DNA of 64,000 nt from Chrysomallon squamiferum (taxonomy: Eukaryota > Animalia > Mollusca): assembly GCA_012295275.1 (NCBI GenBank), contig CM022670.1:37944001-38008000 (forward strand). The letters run 5' to 3'. Position numbers and translations under genes: made by a program. The notes under the pieces are model-generated. The model did no database searches and was not told the DNA's origin. It saw nothing but the letters and a program-made list of their open reading frames with translations. Shown here piece after piece: positions 29,070 to 44,398 of this stretch. Position 1 is the stretch's first letter, and each line of letters begins with the position of its first letter.

Positions 29070-29968
29070 GCTACCATCACCACCATTAATATTTCTAAGC
29101 AATACTACTATTCTACTGTAAGTAATAATACCAATTATTACTACTGCGTATTCCAACTTTTATGACTATTTCTTCAGAAAATTATTATTCTGTTGTTAGT
29201 AATAATAATAATTAAAAAAAATACCAACTACCGTTACCTATACTACTACCATTTATAAAAATATTAATATTAACTCAGATACAAAAACAATTTTGCTACA
29301 GTTAGCACCACCACCTCTACTTTCTTGTAATACTGTTAATTCTGGTGTTAATAATAAAAAGTAGGTCAAAACCCAATACACAGGAAACTTGTAGATGCTT
29401 GTAATCAGATTGGCTGTACTTTGGTGATCCGAAAAATACAGTTACATTTTAATCGATTCAGACATTCTGATTTACTTCTTCTTCTTCTTCTTCTTTTTTT
29501 TTTTCAAGAATTGTGTCTGAATTCTCTCCCTTTTGACGCAACTCTTCGGAATGGAGGTTATTTCGTACCGTGTGACACCATTTTGTGAAGTTGTTTCGCT
29601 CCAGGGGCATTGTCCTCAGTTAACATCGTTATTTCCTTTTACACCATTTCTCCACCTGCCGAACTGCAATGAACTCGTGTTAACATCGTCGATGAAGAAA
29701 AAAACCCATCAGTCTTCTCGTCCTCCATTCAGTTAGAAACATTCGATTTGTCTTACTCGTTGTAAAGTGTAAAAATTAGCCAAAAACAATAAATAACGTA
29801 GAGAGAGAGAAAAACAGAGAGTGCTGGTGTATCTTGAGAAAAGAAAAGTGGAACAGATGATAATGTCAGTGTTAGCGAATAATACTGAAGCATAAATGTA
29901 GTTTATATTCTTTACTGCGTTAATGTGTAAGTTTTGTGTGTGTATTTTTGTATGTATGTATGTATGTG

Positions 29969-30001
<33 letters not shown>

Positions 30002-31511
30002 TTGATAGATAAATAATTGATATAGAGATAATTAAGTAAATTTAAAAGGCTTACAAAAGTGAGAGAGAAAAGATGTTAATAAGGATTTGACACAAGAAAA
30101 CACATCAACACACAAAACAGTTTTCAACTAGTTACAAAGACAGATTAAAAAAGAAAAAAAGAACGGAATTAAGTGATGTTCAAATTACAACACAGACTTT
30201 GTAACCCGCCCTCATAATCTGATGACTGTCGACGTCCATCTGAATCAAGAAAAGTTCCGATCACGCCGATTGTATTAGCACGGTTGACATTTGACTCAGT
30301 GCGCGGTGTGAATCTGAAGTCGGCACGCTGACAAAACGCCTGACAAAACACGCCTCGCGTGCAGTACTGACGTCACTTGCTTTCGTCATTTTCCGTCTGT
30401 CCGCTGACAGAAATATGTCACCTACTCGAGGCTGTGTCGTTTTTGGAATCAAACAGAGGACGTTATAAATATTTGATTACTTTTATTTCTTTTTTAATTT
30501 TTTATTACTTTTTTTTTTTTTTTTTTTTTTTTTACTGAATTTGTGAATCTGTGTGTTTTGTATGTATTTGTGTGTGTTCATTGTGTTTATGTGAGTATGT
30601 GTGTTTGCATTATTGTGTATCTGTACATTCAGTCAATAAAACACAATATATAAATATCAAGATATCACTGATAATAATTCTTTATTTCTTTCCTTCTTTT
30701 TTCGTTTTTTAATCTCCTTCTTCGTCTACATCTTCTTCATCTACTTCTTTTCCTTCCTTTTTTTATTATTATTTTTTTTATTATTTTTTTTCTTTATCAT
30801 AACCTGATTTGCAATAAACATACATTCAGCTGCAGAAAAACTAAATTAAAAATAATCACCAGACACACACACACGTAAGAGAAATGCGCTCTGTTACGTC
30901 CGCGTTCCCAAACAGCACGCTTAGAAAAGAACGAAGTATTACACTTAGCTGTAAAACGGGGGCCAGGCGTCAAAGATCTTAACGGCTCCAAGTTAATTTA
31001 CTTTTTATCAGATGAGACTAAATTGTCCTCAAACGGTTTACTCGTTTCTGGCCGTCTACGACGAACTGCAAAAACATAAAGTGTAACACAGCATAAATCC
31101 TCACCACAAAACTATTATGTCAAAATATGAAAACGAAACAGTACAAAGAGGGGAAAAAAAAAAAAAAAAAAAAAAATCAATGACAGTATACACTGAACTA
31201 TTTCACTACCAGAACGCAACGATTCAGTTTGCAATTTACCGCAAATGTACTGCAAATATTGTTTTATTTAATAATGTCCTGGTCTAATTATGGATTTATT
31301 GACATCGATTTTACATAATTGTATATCAGTGATAAAAAAAGCAGGACAGTTTTATTGTCAAGTTTCATCTTCAGCTAAACGAAAAAAAAAAAAAAGAAAT
31401 AAGGAATAGTTTACAATTATTCACTGATATAAACTGGGGAAAATAGAACGTCACATCGGAAAACAAAACTTTCAGTCTATTCTGTTGATGGTACCAGTTG
31501 TAGAAACAGTT

Positions 31512-31555
31512 GTGGTAGTAGCAGTGGTAGTGGTAGTAGTAGTAGTAGTAGTCGT

Positions 31556-31587
<32 letters not shown>

Positions 31588-31797
31588 TAGAAGTCGTAGT
31601 AGTAGTCGTCGTAGTAGTCGTAGTAGTAGTAGTAGTCGTAGTCGTAGTAGTAGTAGTCGTGGTAGTAGTAGTAGTAGTAGTAGTAGTAGTCGTAGTCGTA
31701 GTCGTAGAACTAGAAGCGGTAGTAGTAGTAACAGTTAGTGATAGAAATAGTAGTAGCTGTAGTAGCAGTAGTAGTAGTGGCAGTAATAGTAGTGGTG
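31512..31797. repeat. (GTA/GTC)n trinucleotide microsatellite
   Basis: Directly visible; source of the poly-Thr and poly-Val ORFs. Confidence 0.9.
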
Positions 31798-32763
31798 GCT
31801 GAAGCAAAGATAAAACAAACAGAAGATAATGATTAATCCTAAAATTTGTATTTCATCAATTTATCTTTTCGCTTCAGAGATTTGAGAACTGAAGTGAAAA
31901 TTATATAACTGTATTCACCAGTATTCTTCTATCGTTACTATTTGATTTGTAGGTTTTTCTTTATCGGCGTCTCTACCTTTTTTTTTCTAATATTTATTAT
32001 ATTTTTTTATTTAAAGAGAAAAATAAAGTATCAGGCGGCAGTGAGAAAATCTTCTTACTAATTTAATCACAATCTAGTGTTAGCTTTTATAATTAAAAAT
32101 TATCGTTTCCGATCATATCTCGATTGCCCTGAACATCTCGAAGTTAATCAATCAAAAGTAAAAGTGGAGTGTACAAATTTAATTACCGTTTTCAAATGTT
32201 CAGCAAAACTAGGATCAGGTTTAATAAATTTAAAATAATTTTAAACTCTTTATAATCATTACGAAAATAAATCTTTACGATATTTTAGCCATCCTGTGAT
32301 TTGGTTTAATTTTAAAGGTAAAAAAAATAATAATAATAATAATTAAAAAAAAAAATAGTATGTATAATAATAAAGTAAAGTCGTTCATTCGTAATAATTT
32401 ATATATTAAACAAATTTTAAAATTTTCTTTTAATATAATTATATTTTTTTAGTTAGTTTTTTTTTAATTTTTAAGTTTTTGGAAGAAGATAATGCCCACG
32501 CAGATTTTAAAATTAAAATTTTTAATATAACTATCAAAATCCTTATTTGTATTTTTTATATATATTTTTAAAATATTCGTAATCTGCTGTTTAAAAAAAA
32601 AAAAAAAAAAAAATTAACAGTGAGAAAATTAATTAAATGTTTTTAAAGAAAATTTCTTTAATCCGATTTTTGACTTTTTTTCTTTATTTTTTTTTTTTTA
32701 ACTGTTTCTAAGTAAAACATTGCAATTTACAAAATGTCAATAAAAGGTCAAATAATTTAAATT

Positions 32764-32890
32764 CAGTGCACCTGTCATTAGCGACCACCTACGCTGTACG
32801 GACACTTTTCCCCGAGTCCCGACTGTTTTTCAGTGGACAAGTCCCTCAGATCAACGGACACCTGCTGAACGCGGACTCGGACGGTCATGC
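32764..32890. mobile_element. Possible terminal fragment of a non-autonomous Tc1/mariner/pogo-type DNA element
   Basis: GC-rich island beginning CAGTGCACCTGTCATTAGCGACCACC with repeated acggacac motifs, a pattern I recall from such MITE ends. Second TIR not found. Confidence 0.35.
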
Positions 32891-33229
32891 CGATTTGATT
32901 TATTTTCTCCAAAATAAATAATTTTATTGTTGTCCGGCATCTTTATGTGATATTTTTTAAAAATGGCGCCTGACAGTTCGTGCATTGTGATTTATGTTTG
33001 TTATAGGTACATAAAGATTATAGATGAATAAAGATTGTAAATATATATTTTTTAAAAATGTCTCTCATTTTTGTCCCTGCAACACAGGTACCGCTGTATT
33101 TGATAGTCCTGTTCAGTGTGAAGAGTTTATTTATTTATTTATTTATTATTTTATTTTATTTTATTTATTTTATTTTATTTATTTTATTTTGTTTTATTTT
33201 ATTTATTTATTTATTTATATATGTTTTAT

Positions 33230-33595
33230 TTTGTATGTTGTATTTATTTTATGTATGTATTTATGTATTATGTATGTATGTATTTATTTATTTATTATGT
33301 ATGTATGTATGTATGTATGTATGTATGTTATGTATGTATGTATGTAATTTTGTATGTATTTATTAATTTATTCATTCATTCATTTATTCATTCATTTTTA
33401 TTTTTTTTTTTTTTTTATAATATGTGGATTTTGAGGGGGTGTTGTTGTTGTTGTTGTTTTTTTTTTTTTTTTTTTATTTTTTTTTATTAAATTATCAGTA
33501 AGCAAAGATAATAGTTAGAACAGTCTTTTGTTTTTGTCTTTTACCAAGAGATTTCCTATAATGTTCCTATCTAGTGTTATAAATGTAAATGTATG

Positions 33596-33629
<34 letters not shown>

Positions 33630-33945
33630 TGTGTGTGTATGTGTGTGTATGTATGTATGTATGTATGTGTGTGTGAATGTATGTATGTGTGTATATATGT
33701 ATGTTTCTGTGTATGTGTTTGAGTATGTGTATGTTTCTGTGTATGTATGTGTGTATGTATTAGTGTTTGGGTGTATGTGAATAAGTGTGTACCTGTGTAC
33801 GTATGTGTGTCTTTGAGTATATGTATGTACTTGTGTGTATATGTTTGTGTATGTGTATACATGTTTATACTTGTATGTGTGTCAATATGTTTGTGTGTGT
33901 GTGTGTTTCTATGTGTACATGTATAGGCATGTGTATATGTATACA
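33230..33945. repeat. Compound (TATG)n/(TG)n low-complexity region
   Basis: Directly visible. Confidence 0.85.
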
Positions 33946-34643
33946 AACCTACATGCTTGACAAATAATTCTCTTTAACACTAACCTTTCTTCAAGCAATT
34001 ATTCATTCGGTGATTAAAAGATCATTGGTATACGACTTAATAGAAATTATGACATTTGTTATGTATTATTTAATATTTCTATTTCAATTAAATAATTAAA
34101 TAATTATCTATAATGTGTATGTGTGGGAGGCTGGTTTTGTTTTCCTGATATTTATGAATAGTTATGATTTCCGCAACCAAAAAAAACAAAGAACAGTTAC
34201 TTGTTGCAAATTATGTTCGATCTATGACGCTTTTGATTAATAAAAACGAATTTAACAGAAGAATATCAATAATGAATACACTGAATGGTCGAAAGAATTT
34301 ACGTTCCTAACAGCTCTTCTAGAAAGAATGACTTAAACGTGTTATTTGTGTTCAGCTTACCTTGATTGGATACTATTGACTAATGTGAAATAAAACGAAT
34401 TCACGTTATATTCGTTTCGCTCGCTATAAAAGAACGTCATCGATTACTCCAAGTGAAGTGTGTCAAAACTCGGGCCACAAAACGTTATTTTTGTCTGTCG
34501 GTAAATGTGTTTCTCTCACTTTACAAATAAACTGTCTAGTCTTTGCAGAACAACGTTCTCTTTAGCATTCGTCAAAGAGAAATATGTGTTAAAAATGTAC
34601 GTGGATGTTTAACATTATTTGCGAGAATCTTTTCAGAGCTGGA

Positions 34644-34685
<42 letters not shown>

Positions 34686-34993
34686 TGGAGAATAGCCTTG
34701 GGGTGTACTTAGCTAAAAAGTGTTACTTAGATTTTTCTGGAAACGTAAATGACAAAAATAAATAAATTCATTAATTAATCAACATGCAGCCTTCTGATTG
34801 ATTGTGAGCAAATAATCGTTAACTAATGTGCACACAAAATAAATATCATTTGTAAACTGGAATGAGAATCGAAATTTTGCGTTCTAAGAGAATTTACCTT
34901 CTAAAATCTACATATATGTATCTGCAATGATGTTTCTAGATGGGTTTTTGTTGTTGTTTTTTTATGTCATCTGTGCAAGATTAAAATTCTAAA

Positions 34994-35039
<46 letters not shown>

Positions 35040-36160
35040 ATACATACACACACACATTTATTGCCTATATATACACATACACACACACGTACATGCACAT
35101 GCACATACACATACACACACACCCAATATATCTGTTAAATCCAGGGTTTCCACTGAAGATAAATTTTCATCTAAAAATAAAATAAAATAACTGATATACA
35201 TTTTGCAAAATAAACCAAAATGCATATTGATCTCAATTATCTGCAAGCCATGTACTAAACAAAATGAATCTTAAATCGCTAAGACTTAATACGGTTTAAA
35301 ACGAAACAGCAACTGCACTAGTGTTTTGATGCGTAAATTTTACACACCTACGTCATTTTGTTATCGTTTAAACTACTGTACTGTAAACAAATAACTTTGT
35401 GTTCCTGGAAATAAAAAAGCTATAATCGTGTATGATAGTTTTATAATCACACACTGACGATAAAATCTTCACCAACGTAAACTTTTAACGTGAATCTTTT
35501 TTGGGGGGGACATTTCCATAACTTTCTAAACAGAACATTATTATTTTAGAACTTTTATGCTAAGTAATTTAGCGCTGGCACAGAAACAAGTCAGCAGTAT
35601 CATAATTAAATAATCCATACAATCAAAAGTTAGCGTTTTAATAAACATTTAATTACGACGTACGGATTCTAAAACGCTGACTTGAGGTAGAAGAGAACGT
35701 CGACGGTTTTAGTGTGTTTTTGTGGCTTACATCTGTACGAATTGAGCACGAACACTGAGCCAATGTGACATGAAGGAAAAGTGAAGAGCATGAAAACCAA
35801 TTCAGAGCACTAAAACGCATTCAGCCAAGCGGCTGCTGGATGATGACTCTTCGCGGTTCTGACAAGCGTGCTTGGAAACGTGACACGGGGTCAAGGTCAT
35901 GTATGACTACCGAAAGCAATGAACTCTTGTTAACGTTTGAGCGAGGCGGATTCGGCAGAGGAACGAAACGGCGCCTGGAACGTTAATCTCGGCGAAACTG
36001 CAATTATTAAAAATAACGAGAAGCTGCCAGGAATCATCCACCCATAATCAATCGTCCCTAATCTTTTTCCACATCCATAATTGAGTGGTTTTCACCATTC
36101 ACTACTACCTCGACATGGAGGCCTACCGATTAGCGATTTAAGTTAATAGTATGGCACTTG

Positions 36161-36289
<129 letters not shown>

Positions 36290-36469
36290 CTTGTATATGT
36301 ATATACGTGTAAGGTATCTGTGTGTGTGTCTATGTTTGGATATTATATACACATTCATATAATACTGACGTACGTACGTATGTCTGTATGCATGTGTTTG
36401 AATTGTGCTGAAAACAGATCTTTCAGGTCCTGTTTCTTTTATTAATGTACTATAAAACAACATCCCATA

Positions 36470-36737
36470 AAAGCAAAATTTGTGTCTTGTGTATGTTTTA
36501 AATATAAATATATGTATGAAGCTAATAAGAGCTCTTGCTGTCGTAATGAAAGAAGCTTTAACAGTTGTGTTCTTTATGTTTTCCCACTGGGTCAGTTTAA
36601 CAGGAAAGTAAAATTTGTGTCGTATAAATATAAATATAGATATGAAGCTAATAATGAGAAACTGATAGCTCTCGAAATGAAAGAGGCTTTAACAGTTGTG
36701 TTCTTTTTGTTTTGTCACTGAGTCAGTTTAATAGAAA
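36470..36737. repeat. Diverged tandem duplication of about 135 bp
   Basis: aaatttgtgtc..tatgaagctaata..aatgaaaga.gctttaacagttgtgttcttt..cactg.gtcagtttaa occurs twice (from 36470 and 36606). Confidence 0.8.
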
Positions 36738-36916
36738 TATCTTCTTTGGGATACGCTAAGTGATGACAAAATACAGATCAGTCAGACTTGGAGACATTAA
36801 CGTCATCCACTGACCCCTGACTTTCTCAACAGAGGATTCAGAGTGTAGAGTGTCAGTCATCTTTTTAAAGAAAATAATAATAATATTGATAGTGTGCCAA
36901 ACACAAACACAAACAC

Positions 36917-37003
<87 letters not shown>

Positions 37004-38415
37004 CATACATACATACAAAGGCTCGTATATGGCTTGACTACATCTTTAAGAGAAAATCAAGAGACAACGTATGTTGAATACTTTTTACATCTGCCAGGTA
37101 ACATACCAATGAGAGATAGTGAAGTTCAACTCTAATTGCCTTTTTGTGTTTCACCTACATCTATAGACAAAACCCAAAACCAGCGTTGATAGAGTTCTTA
37201 CATTTGTTATGTGTACAAGAACAAACACTGGATTGTAGCACAAGTTACTGTTAATAAGCAATCGATGTCGTTCAACACGAACCGAATTCGTCCAATTGCA
37301 CTTACGTGGCGTGTTACTCACGCCGGCGCCTAACGCACTTCGCTGCTTGCGCGAGGGAAAGTAAACCGATTTCGGTTCGATTGGCATTCGAATTTTGTGA
37401 ATGACTGATGAAATCACAGAATAGTTTTTTTTTTCAGTCGTAGTCAAACATCAACGGAATTATATTAAGAACGTAGACGTGAATATCCTGATTTGTAAAA
37501 TAAATGGAATTTGAAATACAGAACAAAAGAGTTTGTGTAACGTCAGTAATAACCATTAACCAACTAATGAATTAAAGCAAATAAATAAATACACATATAA
37601 TAACCTCACACATAAATAAATAAACAAGCAAACAAATTAAAAACATAAATAAGTAAAGAAAACAACTAGTGACAGTTGTTATACGAATTTCAATTTATAT
37701 CTGAATAAATATTGTTGAAAATAATAATAATAAAAAAAAAAAAAAAAAAAAAAAAAGTTCTGGTGACTCAAGACGAAAAGTAGAGTAATGGTTAGTTAAT
37801 AACTTTGTAACAACGAAGATTTAAAAATGCTGCAGCAAACTTAACAGATGAAAAATAATTATCTCACTTTACATTCCAAATAACCGTGAAAAAATATACA
37901 GCTGTTCCAAAAGTTTTACGAACGACCAAGATTAATGATAAAACGAAAATCCATCAAGAATTATTCAGTATAAATGAAAGAGATGAATGTTCTGTAATTG
38001 TTTTTTTGCGACATGGAAATGGGGTTAATTGTCTAATTTTGGTAAAGACAGGGGCGGATAATCGGGAGTTTCGGAGTTTCCCGGTTTCCCAGTTGCAAAT
38101 AAAATTAATAAAAATACACTAGATGACCATGTACGTGTACCCTTTTATGTTTTGAATGATATCGAGATGACCCGGATGTCACTTTTGCAGTTTGGTTCGC
38201 TGACGAAGCGGATATGACGAAAAACATTGGCGAAGAGGCAGTAATGCCAAGAGTACTGGGAAAAGACAAGCAATGTAAAATATATAATTACGAATTATAA
38301 ACAGTTACATATTGTTTCGTAGACATCCTCCTCTTACTTTAAGCATAATCCGCTCACTGGCCAGTACTATACGAATGGTGTATAAAATTCTTCATTTTGT
38401 TTAAAACCTAATAAA

Positions 38416-38465
<50 letters not shown>

Positions 38466-39006
38466 CATGTACCGAGTTATCGCTGAACAAAATATTATTT
38501 CAACAAACCAAAAACGTGATGAGACCAAATTCAGTTGTAAATAATATGAATAATTATTAGGACGAACAACAAAAATTATAATTTTAAACCATAAAGGAAA
38601 ACAACATAGTGTTATAGAAAATATAATCTTCATCGATTGAACTGGTGAACCAAACAAACAAACAAACAAACAACAACAACAACAAAATGATCTTGTCTAG
38701 ACAGGAAATGTTTCTCTTTCACTAATGACTGTCAATTGAGTTAACAACAGTTGACCTTTTATTTTATTTTTTCGTAACGATCATATTTCGTTGAGTTAAC
38801 AACATATACAAATTAGACAGTCATAAGCCCTTTTTCTCTAAAACAATCTCTAATTTATCCCAATTTGGGAAAAATAGACGCTGATTTGACTATCCGGGGT
38901 TATTTACACTAAACAGTCTCTCATTTGCTATTCTTTGATATGACAGTCTAGAAAGGCAAAGGCAACTATTTGTATCTTGAAAATTACAAAGTAGCGTAAT
39001 ATGGGG

Positions 39007-39037
<31 letters not shown>

Positions 39038-39047
39038 GCCTGAAGAA

Positions 39048-39078
<31 letters not shown>

Positions 39079-41057
39079 CGGAAAGTAAAAGTACAATAAA
39101 GTATATAGCTTTTTTGTTTTTAAATACAAAGTTTAAAAATGAAATCATAATGAATTAAAAACGTTGTCCATTTGTAAAACATGGTACAAGATTCTAAAAA
39201 GAAACGAAAATAAAAAAATAAATGAGATCAAAATTTCATTACAAGTATCAGACCATTTGTTCGGCTTCCAGAAAATTTGATTTTAGAAGTGTATTAATCT
39301 GAATCTGTTAAATACTATTTAGTTCTTTACTTTTCATTATATTTTCAGTATGAATTAACTGGGGTGGGCTGATATATTCCAGAATTTTAATCTTTTTAAT
39401 CTGGAATGCACTGAAAAACATCCTTACAGAAGAATAATGATTGGACCTTAGTTATTATTATTGTTATTGTTATTGTTTTTGTTATTATTATTATTATTGT
39501 TGTTGTTGTTGTTGTTGTTGTTATTGTTAAATGAAAACTTAGCTAACAGCTAGAATTATGTTCTTAGCTTTAACTGGAGTAGTGTACAATCAGAAGTTTT
39601 CAGATTTTATGTTCGGATTTACTGAAAAAAAAATGGATTAGCAATCATACTGGAAGATACGCTAAAACAATTTTTTTTTTTTTTTTTATTTAATGAAACT
39701 GAAATGCAGTATGAAAGTTGTCAAATGCATATAACTGTACTCGCCAAAAATTATTTTCATTTCCATTATTATTTTTTTTTTTTTTTTTATTTCTTTGTTC
39801 GTTTGTTTCTTCATTTTTGTTCCCTGTTCAATTGTGAAAGACATTTTCTCCAAAAGTATGTAAATTTTCCATAAACATTTTTTAAAAGGCTTCCAAATTC
39901 CTTTTCCAGACGTTCTACGGAGAAAAACTGTCGATTAAAAACTAATAAGAAAACCTAATAATGGTGATAAACATGACGATAGACAAGATGTTGTGACAAT
40001 TGTACTTTCTGACATTACAAGGACTGCAACACTCTGCAAAAAAAAAAAAAAAAAAAAAAAATAGAACAAACAGCCAAACGAAAATATTGTTAAAGGACTA
40101 ACTATAAGTAGTCGTCTGGAAGATCTGTTTAAATAAACGCCTTTGTCCGATATCTGCCTAATAACAAGACCAATGCGACGTCTTGTTAACTTAACTCTTC
40201 TGGATTTGAAGACCTAAAATCAAAAGATCTGATTAGTGTCAGTGTAAAGAAAACGGAAGCCGGTAATCACGGAATCTAATGTATTTCTGGCAGTATCAAC
40301 CGATCTTGGGAGAGTTTCGATCAAAGGGTAATTCCTCCAATCTGCCAAAAGCATTAAAGCGTTCTGCCCGGGGCGATGGAACTTCGTACGGAGGTAATCC
40401 TGTCAGTTATTATCTATATGGACGACATCTTTACGACTGTGGCCTATAAGGCAAATTAAATTAACACAAAAGTTTTGTAAGATAAGATTTATTAAGCGAC
40501 TGGAATCTACAGTTTTTCTCGTTCTGTCATTTTAAGCAATTTAAAATTTATTTTCTTAGAATTTAAAAAAGATAATTCGATTATTTAAAAAGCAAAACAA
40601 TTAGTTAATGTGTGTGTGTGTGTGTGTGTGTGTGTTTTTGTGTGTGTGTCAGTGTGAAGAAATAAGAATGCTATAGGTATAAGCTAAACTCGTAGGGCCC
40701 CAATACATTAGAATAACATAGGAAATAGGTCCATAGAAGCATCAAAACGTAAGTCCTGTCATCCCATTGCAGACTTAGACATACTTAGGAACTCACAAAG
40801 ATGAGGATAACAACAAATTCAGTATAAATATTTGGGCAAATATTTCCAGCTGAAATTACAATAGAAGCTGTAAAAATATCATTTTAAAAATTGGGGAAAA
40901 AATACATATATTCTGTTAACTATCACAAAATAACATTGACAGTACACGTTATCTCGAAAGTCGAGCTGATGGGTAATTACTCAGTTATTTCATCTAAAGA
41001 AAGGTGGTTTTTAATTAATTTTTTTATTTGTTTGTTTGTTGTTTTAATCTTGAAGAC

Positions 41058-41106
<49 letters not shown>

Positions 41107-41850
41107 TACGGTAAGAATGACTATTTAATTTTGTTCCTGTTTTTACAACTATCCAATAAAATCTTGATAAACATCCATAAATAACTGATTACAGGAACTT
41201 ATGAAGATTACCATTACAGTAGGTAGACTCCTATACAAGGCGTCGAGCAACCACTAAACCTTTCTTCTGTGGACAAGGATATTTCAGCCGACTTTCAGAA
41301 ATACATTTATCGTTGTGCTAACATCCATTCAGCCGCCGTCAGTTTTGTCTTTATTGTGACCGTCAGAAACTAATACTTCGTTTATGGTGATGCTGGAGGG
41401 TTTTCTCCACAAGAAGAGCACTTCAAGTCGAAGTGGGGCATTTTGTGTGTCAAATATTCCGTATTAGGTACGAAATAACGGACAGAAGAAAATCTAATGG
41501 TTACAAATCTGTTCGCTTTGAGTGAGGTGCAGTTAAGTTTGGAAGACAATTATGCCAGCGACCAATGAGATAAGTAATTTTGTAATCCTCACCCTAAGTT
41601 CAAACGAAGTTCGATTTTGACGGAGTCATTAAACGAGAAAACAATGCCTGTTACAAAGTAAGTCGCGCCGTTGTCGATGATGATGCGGACTCTTGGGCCA
41701 GAGCGGGAGCACAAGGTGACTGACTGATGGTGATCCTCCATTGTCAGTCTCCTCCGATTATCTACGTCATTACGTGACCCTCTTTAAGACACGCTCCTTA
41801 GCCAAAGAGACACGTTACAAATGTCTGTTAGCTTCCTTTAATACGAGCGA

Positions 41851-41896
<46 letters not shown>

Positions 41897-41968
41897 TAAA
41901 GGAAACTGTTTTAAAATAATAATAAAAAAAAATAATAATAATAATGAATGTCATCATATTCAGTAAGG

Positions 41969-42001
<33 letters not shown>

Positions 42002-43576
42002 AAAAAGAAAATAAAATTAATTTAAACAAATGGCTGACCTTGTGACATACGACACCCGAGCCAGGTCGTCTAACTGCAGGTAATTTAGAATTAAATAACA
42101 GATTCAAGCCATTTTTTTTATTACCGCGTTAACTCGGCTGTGATTTTTGTCCTGTACGAATTCACTAAAAAGCAACAGCCATCGTCTACAGTTACGCAAT
42201 TACTAAGCAGATTGATATGCTGCTTTTATCTTGTCACTTACGATATACGCCCTTTTCAAATGTTTGCCATGAATAACCTGCATTCTCAACTAATTTTGTT
42301 ATTACCCGAGGTGGGGGGTGCGGGGGAGGAATGGAGAGGAAGGGAGGAAGCGCGACAATGAAATAAACGGTCGTGAATCACTGAAGATTACGGAACACAA
42401 GGTTGTTGTTTTTTAAATCAAATAACGTAAAATGTTAACTGTTAGAGAAAACGTCAGGACTTGATGTTAGTGGCATTACATATATCATTGTCATTACGTA
42501 AAATAAAACAGTAATTTCGGTGAACTGGACACTAAATCCTTTAAACTGTCAAATTACGAATTAACTTCTGAATGGATACTGATTTTATTTTTTTTTTTTT
42601 TTTTTTGTTTAAACTTTATCTGATTAGATTTGCACTATAATGCAGTTATATTATGAGAGAACAAAATAAACCTGTGTCGAAAGTTTTCTCATTACAAAGA
42701 ACATATTTCCGATGAGTGGTCTCTTTAAACGTTATTTGGTTATAAGAATTTATTATGTTTTCTTCAAACAGAGCAAAAGAAAAAATAAATGAAGAAATAA
42801 AGAAATAAATTGACTTTATCTTTTCATTTTCCCCAGCTGTTATAAGAGACAGACAGAAACAGAGAAAGATTAAAAAAGAGGAAGAAAGAAAGAAAGAATG
42901 AGTGAGATTATATTTTACTCCTATATGAACAAATTCTGTATGGATGGTTTGTATAACATTACAGAACATATCCGATTCAGCAATTAACTTCGTTTCTGTT
43001 ACAGATAACCATCAAGGTTTTAAACTTTAGAAAACACAAAATATAATCAAAATATCATTATACATTAATTTCTTAAAACTTCTGCTATACTGATCCTTTG
43101 TCTTCAGACAGTTCGTATGATGAATCTGATCTGGAGAATACGGTTATAAAATGTTCAATGATAATTATAATTAGCAACCTGCAAAAGTGCTGTAACCTAT
43201 GTTTTGCCCAAAGGATTCACTGAGTAGCAAACAAAAAGAAAGCACACCAAGCTTCGTTTCTTCATGCTTTAAAATATCTCTCTTTCTGGTATATGTGTCT
43301 CTGCCTTACTCCAATGCCGGCAATTATTATAATATAAAACCGATGAATTGATGGTGATAATCGTGTTTTAACCTCTCCCAAAAAACAAAAAAAAACAACA
43401 ACCAAAAAACACACACCCACACACGTTTATTGTATTTTTCCACTACTAAATATAAAACGTAGTATAACTAATACTGCTGATGAATAACAAAATATAAAAT
43501 AAATTAATGTGTTAATAAAAAATGAAATGTTTTCTAATATATTTATTATTGTTCTGTTATTTATCTGTGTAATAAT

Positions 43577-43786
43577 ACATGTTCAGAACATTTTGGAATC
43601 CAGTTTAAGTTATTTGTTGCTGTTTGCAAATTGATTTATATATGTACTGCTTTGCAAATATTAAATTGATTATTATCTGTTTCAGAATAAGTTGGCTAAT
43701 ATTATAGTTTGTGCATTTGTTTGAAGTCTCACATTTGTTCTAAAAAATTCCAATTTGTAACAGTGTTCCAAAATGTCTGAACATGT
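43577..43786. mobile_element. About 210 bp element bounded by 21-22 bp inverted repeats (MITE-like)
   Basis: acatgttcagaacattttggaa (43577-43598) and ttccaaaatgtctgaacatgt (43766-43786) are reverse complements except for one indel. Confidence 0.5.
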
Positions 43787-44341
43787 TTACATAACAAAAA
43801 AAAAAAGTGCCTTAAATGTTCACTAAACATGCGACAAAATTCACATTTACCCGAATCTTTTCTGCCATATAATACCAAATATTTGCTTGTTGTCAAGCTA
43901 AATAACAAAATCTGAAAATAACTCAGCCCTGTGTCTGTAGTTAGTTTGGATGGAAGAAGAGGGAAGTAGTATTTTTTACAAATATTTGCTTTAAGCAGTT
44001 CTTCTAGACAGTTGTTTAAACTTTAAAAAATAAAATAAAATAAATAAACATCTATACAGTATATTGTGTGACTTCACCCACAATCTAATTTCAAGCCATT
44101 TCATGTGTCGTAATTCCTGCTCAGTACCAAGTTAGATGTAAGTTTTATGAGAAAGAAACGCCTATGATATATCCACGGTAGATTTAATAGACACAATTCA
44201 TTTGTTATTTGTTAGATAATGAATTAATTAAATGTTAACAATCTAACCATATTAGTAAATGTTATTATCGTTAATATTATTTTCTCTAAGGATATACCTG
44301 AACTCTCGCAGAATATTTCATTATTATTATTATTATTATTA

Positions 44342-44398
<57 letters not shown>

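Noticed and set aside
31472-31807. Mucin-like poly-Thr and poly-Val ORFs
   Set aside because: Pure trinucleotide microsatellite without convincing exon context.
34355-34425. Minus-strand AAG|GTAAGC donor with several possible acceptors
   Set aside because: Ambiguous exon length (12, 19 or 63 nt) and no recognisable product; chance not excluded.
37081-37102. Plus-strand CAG|GTAA sites as recursive splice points (also 19110 and 42078)
   Set aside because: No plus-strand host gene spans them, and a few such motifs are expected by chance.
38049-38358. Possible hAT element (CAGGGGCGGAT..ATCCGCTCACTG)
   Set aside because: Weak TIR match and no target-site duplication.
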